Assembly (NCBI RefSeq): GCF_024300625.1
Contig: NZ_CP101322.1
Location: 43,992-75,991 of the forward strand
Reading direction: 5' to 3'
Origin: Halovivax gelatinilyticus
GTDB lineage: Archaea > Halobacteriota > Halobacteria > Halobacteriales > Natrialbaceae
DNA: 32,000 nt
The notes beneath the pieces were generated by a model. That model was not told the DNA's origin, made no database searches, and saw nothing but the letters and a program-made list of their open reading frames with translations. Position 1 is the stretch's first letter, and every line of letters begins with the position of its first letter. Made by a program: the position numbers and the translations under genes. Positions 1 to 9,013 of the stretch are shown in pieces.

Positions 1-2727
1 ACGTCGCTTCTCGAGGTTGGTATCGATATTCCTGCCATCAAGGTCATCAGCCAATACCGAGCGCCCTGGGAGATGTCCCAGTTCGTTCAGCGCATCGGAC
101 GCGCATCCCGTAAGGAAGGGAACGATGCTCACTTCTTAATCACACTCGGTGACGAAGCCGCTGACAGAAGTCTCTTCCACCGTGCAGGGAGCTTCCTAGA
201 TCCGGAGATTACTACACCACTCAATACTGACAATGAGATTCTGACCTGGATTCACAGTCAGCTCTACAAGGCTTTTCAAACTGTCTATCGGATTAGGAGT
301 GCAGTGACCACCGGTGGGTCGACTCAGCAACAAGAAAAATTCCTCGAGTACTTTCTCCGTCGGTCGGATGAAGAGTCGTTCCAAGCTTTCGGCCAGTTTA
401 TCGAGGAGCCCGGTACAGAACTCACTAGTCTTCTCGAACAGCGGCTCCCGATATCAGGGTCGTTGAACGACCTCGAGACGATCGATGCTGTCTACAGCAC
501 AGTGCTACAGGCGGTCCAAGACGATGCACTCCTGACCGATATCGCGACCCTCCTTGACGAACCGGTCACACGGTTCACACTCCAGACGGGAAGGCTCGAT
601 GATCTAGACGACCAGATGGAGATAGGTATCCGGATGACCATCCAGGAAGTTAGGAACACAATTAACCAAGCTGAACCGCAAAATACTGCCGCCAGGGGCG
701 CTGTCGATGCAATTTCAAATCAACTATCTGAGGCCGAAACTATTCTAGATGACGGGGGTCAAGACAGACGAGACCGATACGATGACTTAGATGAGCTCTT
801 CAACAATGTCCGAAACCAACTAAGCTCGGTGGCATCTGATTTTACGGGCGTTCACGAGTCATTCCCCTATCATCTACGTCTTGAAGACGCAAACAGCGCA
901 ATCCAGGAGGCTCGCGGAATTCGACGTGATGAACAACTCCAGGATAAACGCCAGAGATGGCGGCGCGCGTACTACGTCAAACGGGCACTACAGGAGTACT
1001 ATTGCTTCGTGAATCAGCGTTTCAGTGATAATCAGGTGTATGGGCACCTGATGGTGCGAGCGTTTAAAGCTCTCTTACGAGCAGTGTACTTCTACGACCG
1101 GGCAGTGAACCTCGAATCAACACGTGGAGAACTTGAACCCCCTCACTTTGTGCCGACATCGTATTTCGGTGAAGCCGGCGAGACGTTCTCGGTAGTGCCT
1201 GAAGATCAGGCAGGGGCCCCTGGTGAGGAAGATTCTATAGATGCACTGTATGTCATTCGATTTGAACAAAATGACGACGACGAAGAACAGTTGGATGCGT
1301 CGCTAACCAAACTCTTCTTCGAGTACGCGCCGTATATGTCGAAGTACCTTTCTGACCAGTCACTCCAAATGTTCAATCCGCAGGTAGAGGAAGCCCCAGT
1401 CGACGCCGACGCCGACTACTACTTCGACATCTCCGGATTGAGCACGGAGCCAGGAGAAGACTTGGTCACGCCGAATACCCTGCCCGTGAAACAAGTCGAG
1501 GATCAGTCCGGCGACCAGGCACGCGCGATTGTTTGGTACTGCAATGAATCCCTCTACGTTGGCCGCAATCGGTGGGACCACGGACCACACGGAGAGGATA
1601 CCATGGACTACGGTCAGCTCCACTCAGAGCCGCATATCGGCACGGCGTTCGAACCCGAAGAGAGACCCACTGACCAAATCAGTGTATCGTATATCGATGC
1701 TGACGTGAGTCTCGACGCAGTAACACTGACAATCACGCCGGCAACGCTCGTAGGCGACCCTTCTGCAGAGAGTCCTCCCTTCCGCACCGAACGAGACGCG
1801 CAGCGCGAATTACTGCTGGAGTTCGAGCAACCGCTTGGTTTTTCGCTTCACTCCCGAGGCGTCATCTGGGATATCGGGGATTTCGTTGACGAACTCCTCG
1901 AGGATGAGGAATTCGTAGAAAATTTTGAAAGCCACAATCCAGGGGCCGACATCGAAGATACCATCCATTTTACGGCTGCTCACTTCCTCGTAGAGGTCGT
2001 TGCGGACGTCAGTGGGGTCAACCAGGCACAGATGCTCTACGCCGTCTCTCCAGATGCGAATCAAGTGGCAGTGTTCGAGCATGCTGAAGGGGGACAAGGT
2101 ATCGTTGATCTCTTTGACGACGTACGTAATCGTCTCGAGCACGAGAAGATGCTGCGAACTATTAACCGGGTCGCGTCGAATCCGCAGTTGATCAACGGCT
2201 CGCTCTGGGCCGACAATGAGTTTGTCGTCGCCGTTCGTGCCGGGGACTGGGCGACCGTCGAAGAATTCGTCCGTCAGCGAGTGGTCGTACCGACCGAGTC
2301 CGTGGTCAATGACGTGATGCAAATGGTCCAGAATACGGTCGACCAACTGGACGAATTCGCTGATGTCACTGATACAACGCTGGAGGAAGCCTACGAAATT
2401 CGCCACGCTGCGGCCCGATATCAGTTCGAGGTTGGGATCCACGACCCAGTCGAGGACCTCGAAGACGAAACACCAGACAGCGTTCAAGCGGAGAACCTCC
2501 GGAATCTCATCGTCGAACCCGACGTAGACGACTGTGTTGAAAACTTACATCTCGCATATAGCATCGTCATGGACCAGGGGAATGTCCTCAGCTATCTCGT
2601 CCTCGAGCGGCTTCACGAGCACGTCGTAACAAAGACCGACAGCGACGACTGGGGGGACGAAGTACTGGACCGCGAGGCAATTCCTGGAGTGAATATTGAT
2701 GGTACAAACGTTTTCCATACGCTCTGA
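1..2727 (+). CDS. C-terminal part of an SF2 (DEAD/DEAH) helicase with a long C-terminal extension, truncated by the window edge; DpdJ-like candidate
   Basis: The frame is open from base 1 (TSLLEVGIDIPAIKVISQYRAPWEMSQFVQRIGRASRK), giving helicase motif V (GIDIP) and motif VI (QRIGRASR). An ~850 aa extension follows. It overlaps a PLD gene. Confidence 0.82.
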   Translation, partial: TSLLEVGIDIPAIKVISQYRAPWEMSQFVQRIGRASRKEGNDAHFLITLGDEAADRSLFHRAGSFLDPEITTPLNTDNEILTWIHSQLYKAFQTVYRIRSAVTTGGSTQQQEKFLEYFLRRSDEESFQAFGQFIEEPGTELTSLLEQRLPISGSLNDLETIDAVYSTVLQAVQDDALLTDIATLLDEPVTRFTLQTGRLDDLDDQMEIGIRMTIQEVRNTINQAEPQNTAARGAVDAISNQLSEAETILDDGGQDRRDRYDDLDELFNNVRNQLSSVASDFTGVHESFPYHLRLEDANSAIQEARGIRRDEQLQDKRQRWRRAYYVKRALQEYYCFVNQRFSDNQVYGHLMVRAFKALLRAVYFYDRAVNLESTRGELEPPHFVPTSYFGEAGETFSVVPEDQAGAPGEEDSIDALYVIRFEQNDDDEEQLDASLTKLFFEYAPYMSKYLSDQSLQMFNPQVEEAPVDADADYYFDISGLSTEPGEDLVTPNTLPVKQVEDQSGDQARAIVWYCNESLYVGRNRWDHGPHGEDTMDYGQLHSEPHIGTAFEPEERPTDQISVSYIDADVSLDAVTLTITPATLVGDPSAESPPFRTERDAQRELLLEFEQPLGFSLHSRGVIWDIGDFVDELLEDEEFVENFESHNPGADIEDTIHFTAAHFLVEVVADVSGVNQAQMLYAVSPDANQVAVFEHAEGGQGIVDLFDDVRNRLEHEKMLRTINRVASNPQLINGSLWADNEFVVAVRAGDWATVEEFVRQRVVVPTESVVNDVMQMVQNTVDQLDEFADVTDTTLEEAYEIRHAAARYQFEVGIHDPVEDLEDETPDSVQAENLRNLIVEPDVDDCVENLHLAYSIVMDQGNVLSYLVLERLHEHVVTKTDSDDWGDEVLDREAIPGVNIDGTNVFHTL

Positions 2728-3163
2728 CCAAATCGCCCGATATCTCGGATCGGCGTTTCTCAACGCGACCCGGATAGTCATCGTCTCACCCTGGGTGAGC
2801 GATATCAAGGTCAAGGTCCCAGAGACGGACCAAATTGACGACCGAGAGTTACTGCTCTCTCAAGCGGTGAACCAGTTCGACGTTAACGTGACATTCGTCG
2901 TTGACCCTGCTAATAATGCCCACAACCGGTTACGGGCACAAGCCCTCCTCCCTAAAGTTAGTAGCCATGCGACGATCGAGACTGTAGATAACCTTCATGC
3001 GAAAGCTATTGTCACGGACCAAATTCTCTATCAGGGTTCAGCCAACGTGACCTACCACGGTCTGAATGTCAACGTCGAATTATGTGATCTTCGAGAAAAC
3101 GAATACGAGGACGCAAACGACTTCTTGCGGGAACGAATCGGGCTCGAACTTGGCGAGTCCTAA
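2699..3163 (+). CDS. Phospholipase D-like (single HKD motif) protein, DpdK-like candidate
   Basis: LHAKAIVTDQILYQGSANVTYHGLNVNVE matches the HxK(x)4D...GSxN pattern. The ORF track starts at TTG 2696; ATG 2699 is the likely start. It overlaps the helicase gene by ~29 nt. Confidence 0.8.
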   Translation: MVQTFSIRSDQIARYLGSAFLNATRIVIVSPWVSDIKVKVPETDQIDDRELLLSQAVNQFDVNVTFVVDPANNAHNRLRAQALLPKVSSHATIETVDNLHAKAIVTDQILYQGSANVTYHGLNVNVELCDLRENEYEDANDFLRERIGLELGES

Positions 3164-3507
3164 GCTTCCCGTTTAGAAGTGCTTGAACAAAAGAACACTG
3201 TTAAGAACCCATTTCATTAAAATGAATGATTTCTACTAATGTATCGAATTCATTGGAAAGTATTTGAGACGGGATGTTGAAACCATTTCTGGTCTAAGCA
3301 CATAGGAGGTTACGGTATGATTGACTATCAATTCAGATTATAAAAGCAAGCAATTTTATTCAGAATATTAATTTTAACCCTATATAAGAATGTGTAACTC
3401 AATTGGAATGAGGATCTGATTCTCACAAAGAATGGGAGGCGTTGCCGTTGTGCCTGGCGTGTCCCTGCGGATTGGATGGAGTAGCCAACGGAGTAACCAG
3501 CCTCAGG

Positions 3508-4479
3508 TTAGCGCGGGATATCTGAGTCGGGGCCGACACCGCCAGCATTGACCGCGATCTCGCAAGCGAACTCAAGCGATTTAACAAGATTCTCTACATC
3601 TTCTTCGCTGGAGATAACGCTTCGATTTCCATGCATCACCTTGTTACGGTACTTCTCAACAGTGTCAAAGGCAATTTTGCATCGAGTCTTAGAAGGAAAG
3701 CCCAATTTTTCCATGAGATCCTCGTTATCCCGAACAATTTCCTTCAGGTCAGCAATGGCCATGAATTCGACGGGATGCAAATCTACATTCTCATTGACAG
3801 CGTTTTGCCACCGATCTAAAGCTCTTCCTCTGGACCGCACATCTTGGTATACCATTTGAATTTCATCGAGGCCATACTTCTCTTTGATAAGTTCCGATAC
3901 TGTTTTCGCAGTCTCAGCATAGTAGCTAAACAAGTACTCTTTCGCAGCCCTTGTATTAATGTCAGCATGAGTCACAACCATCCAAGAATCCGGATCAGGG
4001 TGCCTAACTACCGCGAATGGATACTCGGTTAGAATATTTATACAATATAGCATTATGTCATTATAGTTGACGTACTGTTCTTCATCAATTGAGTATACCT
4101 CGCCGGTTTCCACCTCGTAGAATTCACGTGATTTGTATGGTCTAATGGGGGCGTAGTCGTATCCCTTATCCTCAATATCTTTGACAATGTCCGCCATGAT
4201 CTCATTTTGGTCAAGCTCGTTCTGGGCCACGAAGTAGATGGGAGAACCTAAGTCTGATGCGCTACCTTCACTCGGGTATCTAGTGTACTCCTCAACTTCC
4301 TCCTCACTCCAGTACATATGAAAATGCCCGACCGCAACTGACAAAACGTTATTCACATTCCATTTGCCAACTTCTTGAAGTTTATAATACTGTAGATTGT
4401 CGAAATAGATCTGTGCTAAATTATAAATATGTCCACATATCTTATTCCATATAACGTCACCGGGCGCTAACCTTGCCAC
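3508..4479 (-). CDS. Uncharacterised protein with a possible HEPN-like C-terminal helical region
   Basis: Long ORF with a GTG start. C-terminus is FDTVEKYRNKVMHGNRSVISSEEDVENLVKSLEFACEI, resembling the RNxxxHG-type signature of HEPN/Swt1-like tails. Confidence 0.6.
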   Translation of the reverse strand: MARLAPGDVIWNKICGHIYNLAQIYFDNLQYYKLQEVGKWNVNNVLSVAVGHFHMYWSEEEVEEYTRYPSEGSASDLGSPIYFVAQNELDQNEIMADIVKDIEDKGYDYAPIRPYKSREFYEVETGEVYSIDEEQYVNYNDIMLYCINILTEYPFAVVRHPDPDSWMVVTHADINTRAAKEYLFSYYAETAKTVSELIKEKYGLDEIQMVYQDVRSRGRALDRWQNAVNENVDLHPVEFMAIADLKEIVRDNEDLMEKLGFPSKTRCKIAFDTVEKYRNKVMHGNRSVISSEEDVENLVKSLEFACEIAVNAGGVGPDSDIPR

Positions 4480-4733
4480 CTTCTGGTTTGGATGGTGGCA
4501 TCCTAAAACGCTCGATAAAGAGATTCAAGTAGTAACCGGCTGACTTTCAAATACCACGTGATAAAATTACTGTCGTACTATACCTATCCTCTGGATCATG
4601 CACACTAGCTATGTCAGACTCATATCGTTACAATGGCCCTCTGTTTAAAACGGTAGTGTTATTAGATCAATAGCCAAAATATTATTTTCAGTGGAGCAAT
4701 CGGGTTCTGAGTTCCTCCCATAGGATTATCATA

Positions 4734-5204
4734 TCAGCTTGTACGGTAGAGAGCCAACTTAATTGCGGCAGGTCTCTTAGTTACATTGTTGGGATTTACC
4801 CGCATCAGTCCTTGCGGATAGTAGTCCTTCGTATATCCGAAGATGGTATTGACCTTCTGCCGAGAAACAGAAATTTCCTCGAAATCAGTTAGGGTGTATA
4901 TCAAGTTTGATTCTCCGCCGCGCCAATACGTGGTGCTAGCCCAACAGTTGCCGTCCCTGAACTTGGAATTAACCCACGCCGTACCAATGTATGCCCCATT
5001 TTGGTAGAATAGCACAAGATCTCCGCTCTCCATTTTCTCAAAGTTTGCTTCGTTCCTGCTACCGGTTCTTGCACCCCAGAACCGGACTTCATCCTCCCCA
5101 TCCAGTGGTTCTGGGACGTCGCTAACCGCATTCAGGTTGACTACTTCCTGCACAGTATTATCGAAGTTTGGGGAGTCGCAGGGCGCCAAGTACACGTTTT
5201 TCAT
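4734..5204 (-). CDS. Small EVE/PUA-like domain protein (putative modified-base reader)
   Basis: VRFWGARTGSRNEANFEKMESGDLVLFYQNGAYIGTAWV has the W...GDxVLFY...G.yIG..xV pattern seen in EVE-like domains. TATA-like box ~30 nt upstream. Confidence 0.6.
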   Translation of the reverse strand: MKNVYLAPCDSPNFDNTVQEVVNLNAVSDVPEPLDGEDEVRFWGARTGSRNEANFEKMESGDLVLFYQNGAYIGTAWVNSKFRDGNCWASTTYWRGGESNLIYTLTDFEEISVSRQKVNTIFGYTKDYYPQGLMRVNPNNVTKRPAAIKLALYRTS

Positions 5205-5227
5205 GGACTCTACACATAATCATCATT

Positions 5228-5241
5228 CAATATAAATAATA
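5228..5241 (-). promoter_or_regulatory. TATA-like element of the EVE-like gene (near-leaderless start)
   Basis: Reverse strand TATTATTTATATTG centred ~30 nt upstream of ATG 5204. Confidence 0.5.
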
Positions 5242-5323
5242 CCAGTGTATCAGGGATCTGTTGTGTTCTGGATTTGTTGTTAGAATCAGTCCTTTCTGGG
5301 ATTATTAGGTTCCGAGGCTCACG

Positions 5324-8300
5324 TCATTCACCGTGCTCACACGGCCCCCCACGGGAGAAAGCATACGGACAAGACCCACACCGAGTCTCAGTGGGTCTCG
5401 CTGACAGTCCCTCCGGCGGTTTCACGGCAACCGACCGGAGGTCATACCGGAGCTCCTCCTCGTAATCGTCGACATCGCCTTCTCGTTCGACAGTTACTGG
5501 CGTGATATCGACTGCCCTGCTATCCTCGTCGACGTCGACGTACAGCAGGGTCAGGTCGCCCACTTCGACATCGTACGTCCGTTCCAGCAACCACGCGTAG
5601 GTCCGAAGCTGCCGTGCATACTTTCCACCGGCGTAGGAGTCGGCGTCGTGGACATCGGTGGTCTTGTAGTCGGCGAGGTGCCAGACGCCGTCCGCTTCGT
5701 ACAAGAGGTCGATCTCGCCGGTGACGGTCACGGTGGTGTCATCAATTTCGAGTGTCGTCGAGACGGTGTATTCGGGGTACACCTCATCGGCGGAAAGTGC
5801 CGCACGATACCGGTCGGAATCTCGCTCCATCGCCTCCACGATCCAGAGCGCGTACTCTCTAATTTCTGGGTCGAGTGTATTCGCGTATCTCGCTAACTGG
5901 TCGCGGCCCAGCAATCGATACTCAAGGACCTTGTGGACCGTGGTCCCCCACTTGTTCGGTGCCACTCCGCCGGGTGTTGACGCCTCTTCGACGGGCTCAC
6001 CGTCTCGATCGAGAGCCGGCCCTCCACCGTAAACCGACGCCACTTCCTGGACGTGCCGGTACTGATACCGGCGCGGACACTCGACGAGGTCGTGAATGCG
6101 CGACGGCGAGATCCGGTTCGGTCGATACGGGATTATTTCCGTTCGGTTCGTGGGGTCGGCGTCGAGGTGCCGATCGACGTCATCCACTGTGATGGGGTTA
6201 TGACTCGTCGGCGACGCCCGCGGCACGTCGTCCACGCCGATTGGAACCGCGCCGTCTCGCGTGTCGAATTCCACGATATCATCTAGCTCCCCCCAACTGG
6301 CGTCGGGAAGGAGCGTCTCGTTGATTGTCGTTGCCCAGGTCGTCCACCGGGTGAAGTTCTCGACCCAATCGGGTACGTCGGCTACGCCGATGAACAGGTG
6401 GTCCTCGGCGCGTGTAAACGCGACGTAGAGAACCCGCCAGAATTCCGCACGGCTCGGAGCCAGAAACTCGTTCAGCGGGTTGGCGTAGGTGAATTCCCCG
6501 GTGTCTTCGTCGACGTCGTTCGAGATCCAGATCGGTCCCGTCAAATCCGGGTATCGACCAGCGTCACGGTCCTCGTTCATCCACGTATCGAGGTTGTCCT
6601 CCGGGGATTCGAAGCTGACAGCGTTCGGCAGTGGACGGTCACTCGCGACGGGCCGTAGCGCCAGCCCGCGGTCACGGTCACTGACGAGTCGATCTGCTTG
6701 GAGTGGCGGCGAGTCCCAGGACCGCAACGCGTCGACGAGAAAGACGATCGGGTACTCCAGTCCCTTGGCCGCGTGAATGGTCGTGAGGGTAACGGTCTCT
6801 TCGTCTTCCGGATCCGTGACTTCAGCGACCGTGTGGTCGGGTTCACCGGTTTCCTCCGCTCGGTTTCGGAGTCGGGTTAGTCGCTCGACGAATTCGCGGT
6901 AGGGCAGCAGCTCCTCTTCTTCCCAGCCGTCGATGATCTGGGTGAGCGCCCAGACGTTGCCGTACCGCCGGATTCCATCCTCGCCGGTGAGCACCACCGC
7001 GTCGAACGCGGAGTGACGGATGATTCGGTTTAACAGGTCGGTCTTCGACCCCTCACGGTCCCATCGCAGGTCGTCGCGGAGTTCGACCAACGCTTTCAGT
7101 CGTTTGCGATCCGCTTCCGGTAGATCGGTAGGCCACGCACCGTCTTCCAGGAACTTGCCGAGATAGAAGCCCTCGCCGGCGATTGCTCGGATCGTGCGAT
7201 CGGAGCAGGCGACGAACGGAGATCGGAGAATTCGCATCAGCGACGCCTTGTCGTGAGGATTTGTGAACCAGTAGAGGACGTCGATGAGAAGCGTCACTTC
7301 CGGCTGCTCGAACAAATCGTCCGTCGCTTTCGGTGCCGCGTCGATACCGTAGGCCGAAAGCGCATCCACGTACCGATGCATGTGTGTCCGCGCCTGGAAG
7401 AGCAGCGTCACGTCCCCCGGCTTCGGCGTTCTTTCTTCGATTCCTTCGTCTTCGTCAATGCCTTCGAAGACGGACACATCGGTTTCACCAGCGACCATCG
7501 CCGCGATTCTGGCCGCCACTTCTTGCGCCTCGACCGGCGTCCAATCCTCACCTCGACTCGGGAAATCATCGCCGAGTCCGAAATCGAGAAGCAACATGTG
7601 GACGTGCGGGAAATCGTCGTCCCAAGACTTTCTCGGACCCTTCGGGCTAACATCGTTGTACGTCACGTTCACGTCGCCGAAATCGCCACGCCCAGCGTCT
7701 TCGAACAGTTCCCCGAAGAGCCCGTTAGCCGCAGTGATCAGATCCGGATGGCTACGGAAGTTGGAAGTCAGCGGCCTGTAGACCACGTCTTCGACCTCGA
7801 GATACGGAATTCGTCCGCCTTCTTCTCCCGCTTCACGCGCCCGGCCCACGATCTCTCCGAAGATACTCGGATCCGCCGACCGCCACTGATAGATCGACTG
7901 TTTCACGTCGCCGATGGCCAGCAATCGCGTCCGGCCACCGACATCCGTTACCAGTTCGCGGAGGACTCGACACTGAGCGGCACTGGTGTCCTGGAACTCG
8001 TCGACGAACACGAAATCGAACCGACGTCGTAGGCTCTCGACAAACGGGTGATCCGGGTTGTCCTCGACGAACGTTCTGAGCAGGTGGGTTGCGTCCTGAT
8101 ACGTCAGGTGGCCGCGCTCGTGAGTCAACTCGTCGTACAGTTGTTCATACGCGTCGAGGATGGTCGCGAAGTCCTCCACGAGCTGGTGTGACCGCTCGTA
8201 GGTGTCCGCCACGTGATCGACGAACGCTTCGCGGGCTCGTTCGGTGGCGTCATCATCGTCGGCAGTGACGGAGAGGTCGGCTCCATCGAAAACGACCGTC

Positions 8301-9013
8301 TCCATCAACGACCGGACGTCTTCGGACGATTGGGGAGGAGTCCGGTTCGCGTGAGCAGCGTCGAGGTTAGCGAGGAGGGACTTTCTCGCATCCTCTGGAG
8401 TGATGCAGAACTCGCGGCACTTCTGCTGGGCCGTCCGAATCATTTCGCGAACCGTTGCCGGCGGATACGGCCGCCAGGACTCGTCCGGATACGCGTTCTC
8501 TAACCGCCCGAATTCCGCCCGGTGGGTGGTACGGAGGTCGGCGAAGATTTCGTCCCGGATTTCTTCGAGATCGGCGCTCGATTCCAGCTCGAAGTTCGGG
8601 GGCAAATCCATCTCCGTCGCAGCTTCGCCGAGCAATTCGTTGAAAAGCGAATCGATCGTCCGAATCTGGCTGTCGGTCTCCAACCATCGGAACACGTCGG
8701 CCGGAAGCTCGCCGTCGGCGTCCACGTGATTCCGAAGTACCTCCCTGAGGTCTTCTCTGAGTTCACTCGCGGCATCTCGTGTGAACGTCGTGAGGAGAAT
8801 GGACGAGAACGGGTTCGTACCGTCGGCTGCCGTTTCGACGATGACCTCCGCGACCGTCGTTAACATCGTCGTCGTTTTTCCCGTTCCCGCGGCGGCGTCG
8901 ACGGCGACCCGACCGGTGCCCTCGTGGAACGCCTCGATGACCGCGGCTTGATCCTCTACCGGAGTGTCGTCATCCGGTCCGAACTGAAGCGACATCTCTT
9001 CGACGTAGCTCAC
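5324..9013 (-). CDS. AddA-like UvrD-family helicase with C-terminal PD-(D/E)XK nuclease and Cys cluster
   Basis: Walker A AAAGTGKTTTML, FVFVDEFQDTSAAQ, LLAIGDVKQSIYQWRSAD, TLTTIHAAKGLEYPIVFLV, VAFTRAEDHLF. Nuclease motifs GTTVHKVLE, TGEIDLLYEADGVWHLADYKTT; Cys residues at ECPRRY and CGSCPYAFSRGGPC. Confidence 0.92.
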   Translation of the reverse strand: MSYVEEMSLQFGPDDDTPVEDQAAVIEAFHEGTGRVAVDAAAGTGKTTTMLTTVAEVIVETAADGTNPFSSILLTTFTRDAASELREDLREVLRNHVDADGELPADVFRWLETDSQIRTIDSLFNELLGEAATEMDLPPNFELESSADLEEIRDEIFADLRTTHRAEFGRLENAYPDESWRPYPPATVREMIRTAQQKCREFCITPEDARKSLLANLDAAHANRTPPQSSEDVRSLMETVVFDGADLSVTADDDDATERAREAFVDHVADTYERSHQLVEDFATILDAYEQLYDELTHERGHLTYQDATHLLRTFVEDNPDHPFVESLRRRFDFVFVDEFQDTSAAQCRVLRELVTDVGGRTRLLAIGDVKQSIYQWRSADPSIFGEIVGRAREAGEEGGRIPYLEVEDVVYRPLTSNFRSHPDLITAANGLFGELFEDAGRGDFGDVNVTYNDVSPKGPRKSWDDDFPHVHMLLLDFGLGDDFPSRGEDWTPVEAQEVAARIAAMVAGETDVSVFEGIDEDEGIEERTPKPGDVTLLFQARTHMHRYVDALSAYGIDAAPKATDDLFEQPEVTLLIDVLYWFTNPHDKASLMRILRSPFVACSDRTIRAIAGEGFYLGKFLEDGAWPTDLPEADRKRLKALVELRDDLRWDREGSKTDLLNRIIRHSAFDAVVLTGEDGIRRYGNVWALTQIIDGWEEEELLPYREFVERLTRLRNRAEETGEPDHTVAEVTDPEDEETVTLTTIHAAKGLEYPIVFLVDALRSWDSPPLQADRLVSDRDRGLALRPVASDRPLPNAVSFESPEDNLDTWMNEDRDAGRYPDLTGPIWISNDVDEDTGEFTYANPLNEFLAPSRAEFWRVLYVAFTRAEDHLFIGVADVPDWVENFTRWTTWATTINETLLPDASWGELDDIVEFDTRDGAVPIGVDDVPRASPTSHNPITVDDVDRHLDADPTNRTEIIPYRPNRISPSRIHDLVECPRRYQYRHVQEVASVYGGGPALDRDGEPVEEASTPGGVAPNKWGTTVHKVLEYRLLGRDQLARYANTLDPEIREYALWIVEAMERDSDRYRAALSADEVYPEYTVSTTLEIDDTTVTVTGEIDLLYEADGVWHLADYKTTDVHDADSYAGGKYARQLRTYAWLLERTYDVEVGDLTLLYVDVDEDSRAVDITPVTVEREGDVDDYEEELRYDLRSVAVKPPEGLSARPTETRCGSCPYAFSRGGPCEHGE

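Noticed and set aside
1810-2487. Minus-strand 225 aa ORF
   Set aside because: It is fully antisense to the helicase C-terminal extension, with no recognisable domain.
1-3163. Firm assignment of the helicase and PLD pair to DISARM (DrmA/DrmC)
   Set aside because: No DUF1998 protein (DrmB) or DISARM methyltransferase is visible, and motif VI reads SQFVQRIGRASR rather than the EYIQ..SRVGR form I associate with DrmA. The missing upstream sequence prevents a final decision.
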